Assembly (NCBI GenBank): GCA_965645245.1
Contig: OZ287071.1
Span: forward strand, 1,302,001 to 1,366,000
Direction: 5' to 3'
DNA length: 64,000 nt
From: Massalongia carnosa
Lineage: Eukaryota
Shown here: in pieces, positions 63,901 through 64,000 of the stretch
How the letters are laid out: each line of letters starts with the position of its first letter
Numbering within the stretch: position 1 is the first letter of the stretch
The notes under the pieces: model-generated
The model's input: the letters and a program-made list of their open reading frames with translations, nothing else
Told to the model about the DNA's origin: nothing
The model's database searches: none
Program-made: the position numbers and the translations under genes

Positions 63901-64000
63901 GGTGCGCTATCCCAAGCTGCAACTTTATAAGCCGCGTTGTAGAAACTCTCATACGACCAGTTATCCACGTATAAACAGCATGTTTTACCCAAAATATGGT
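60971..64000 (-). CDS. Large multi-exon hypothetical protein with repeated CPxC zinc-finger-like motifs; 5' end outside window
   Basis: Chain of minus-strand ORFs (62979-63992, 62644-62910, 62124-62558, 61728-62084, 61254-61658, 60971-61204) separated by intron-sized gaps. Motifs CPSC, CPAC, CPYC, CPVLHC, CPIC; basic C-terminus. Confidence 0.6.

Overview
Eukaryotic, intron-rich genomic DNA from a filamentous ascomycete. The short GT-AG introns with CTRAC/CTAAT branch points and the Pezizomycotina-type proteins support this; the exact taxon cannot be read from the sequence. Conserved housekeeping genes are ERG12 (partial), STE24, an Rpa14-like gene, MRPL25, PRP28, PRP39, ATG5, an MFS transporter, CCP1, PPZ1, an LSM/Mak31-like gene, RPS11, SPC105 and JIP5. 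Lineage-variable genes are interleaved with them: a Zn2Cys6-like gene, an F-box gene, a membrane protein and a multi-zinc-finger protein. Several accessory genes between ~31 and 51 kb are decaying. Mobile DNA comprises a 5'-truncated LINE with a 14-bp target-site duplication inside a 56-nt intron, a degenerate tRNA-headed SINE-like element, a MITE-like inverted-repeat element and a 440-bp-spaced direct repeat. The most interesting signal is the outsized 366-nt third intron of the U1 snRNP gene PRP39. It contains nested splice signals defining a 61-nt frame-shifting cassette, a candidate poison-exon/NMD autoregulatory circuit. All gene models were spliced by eye and no database searches were run.
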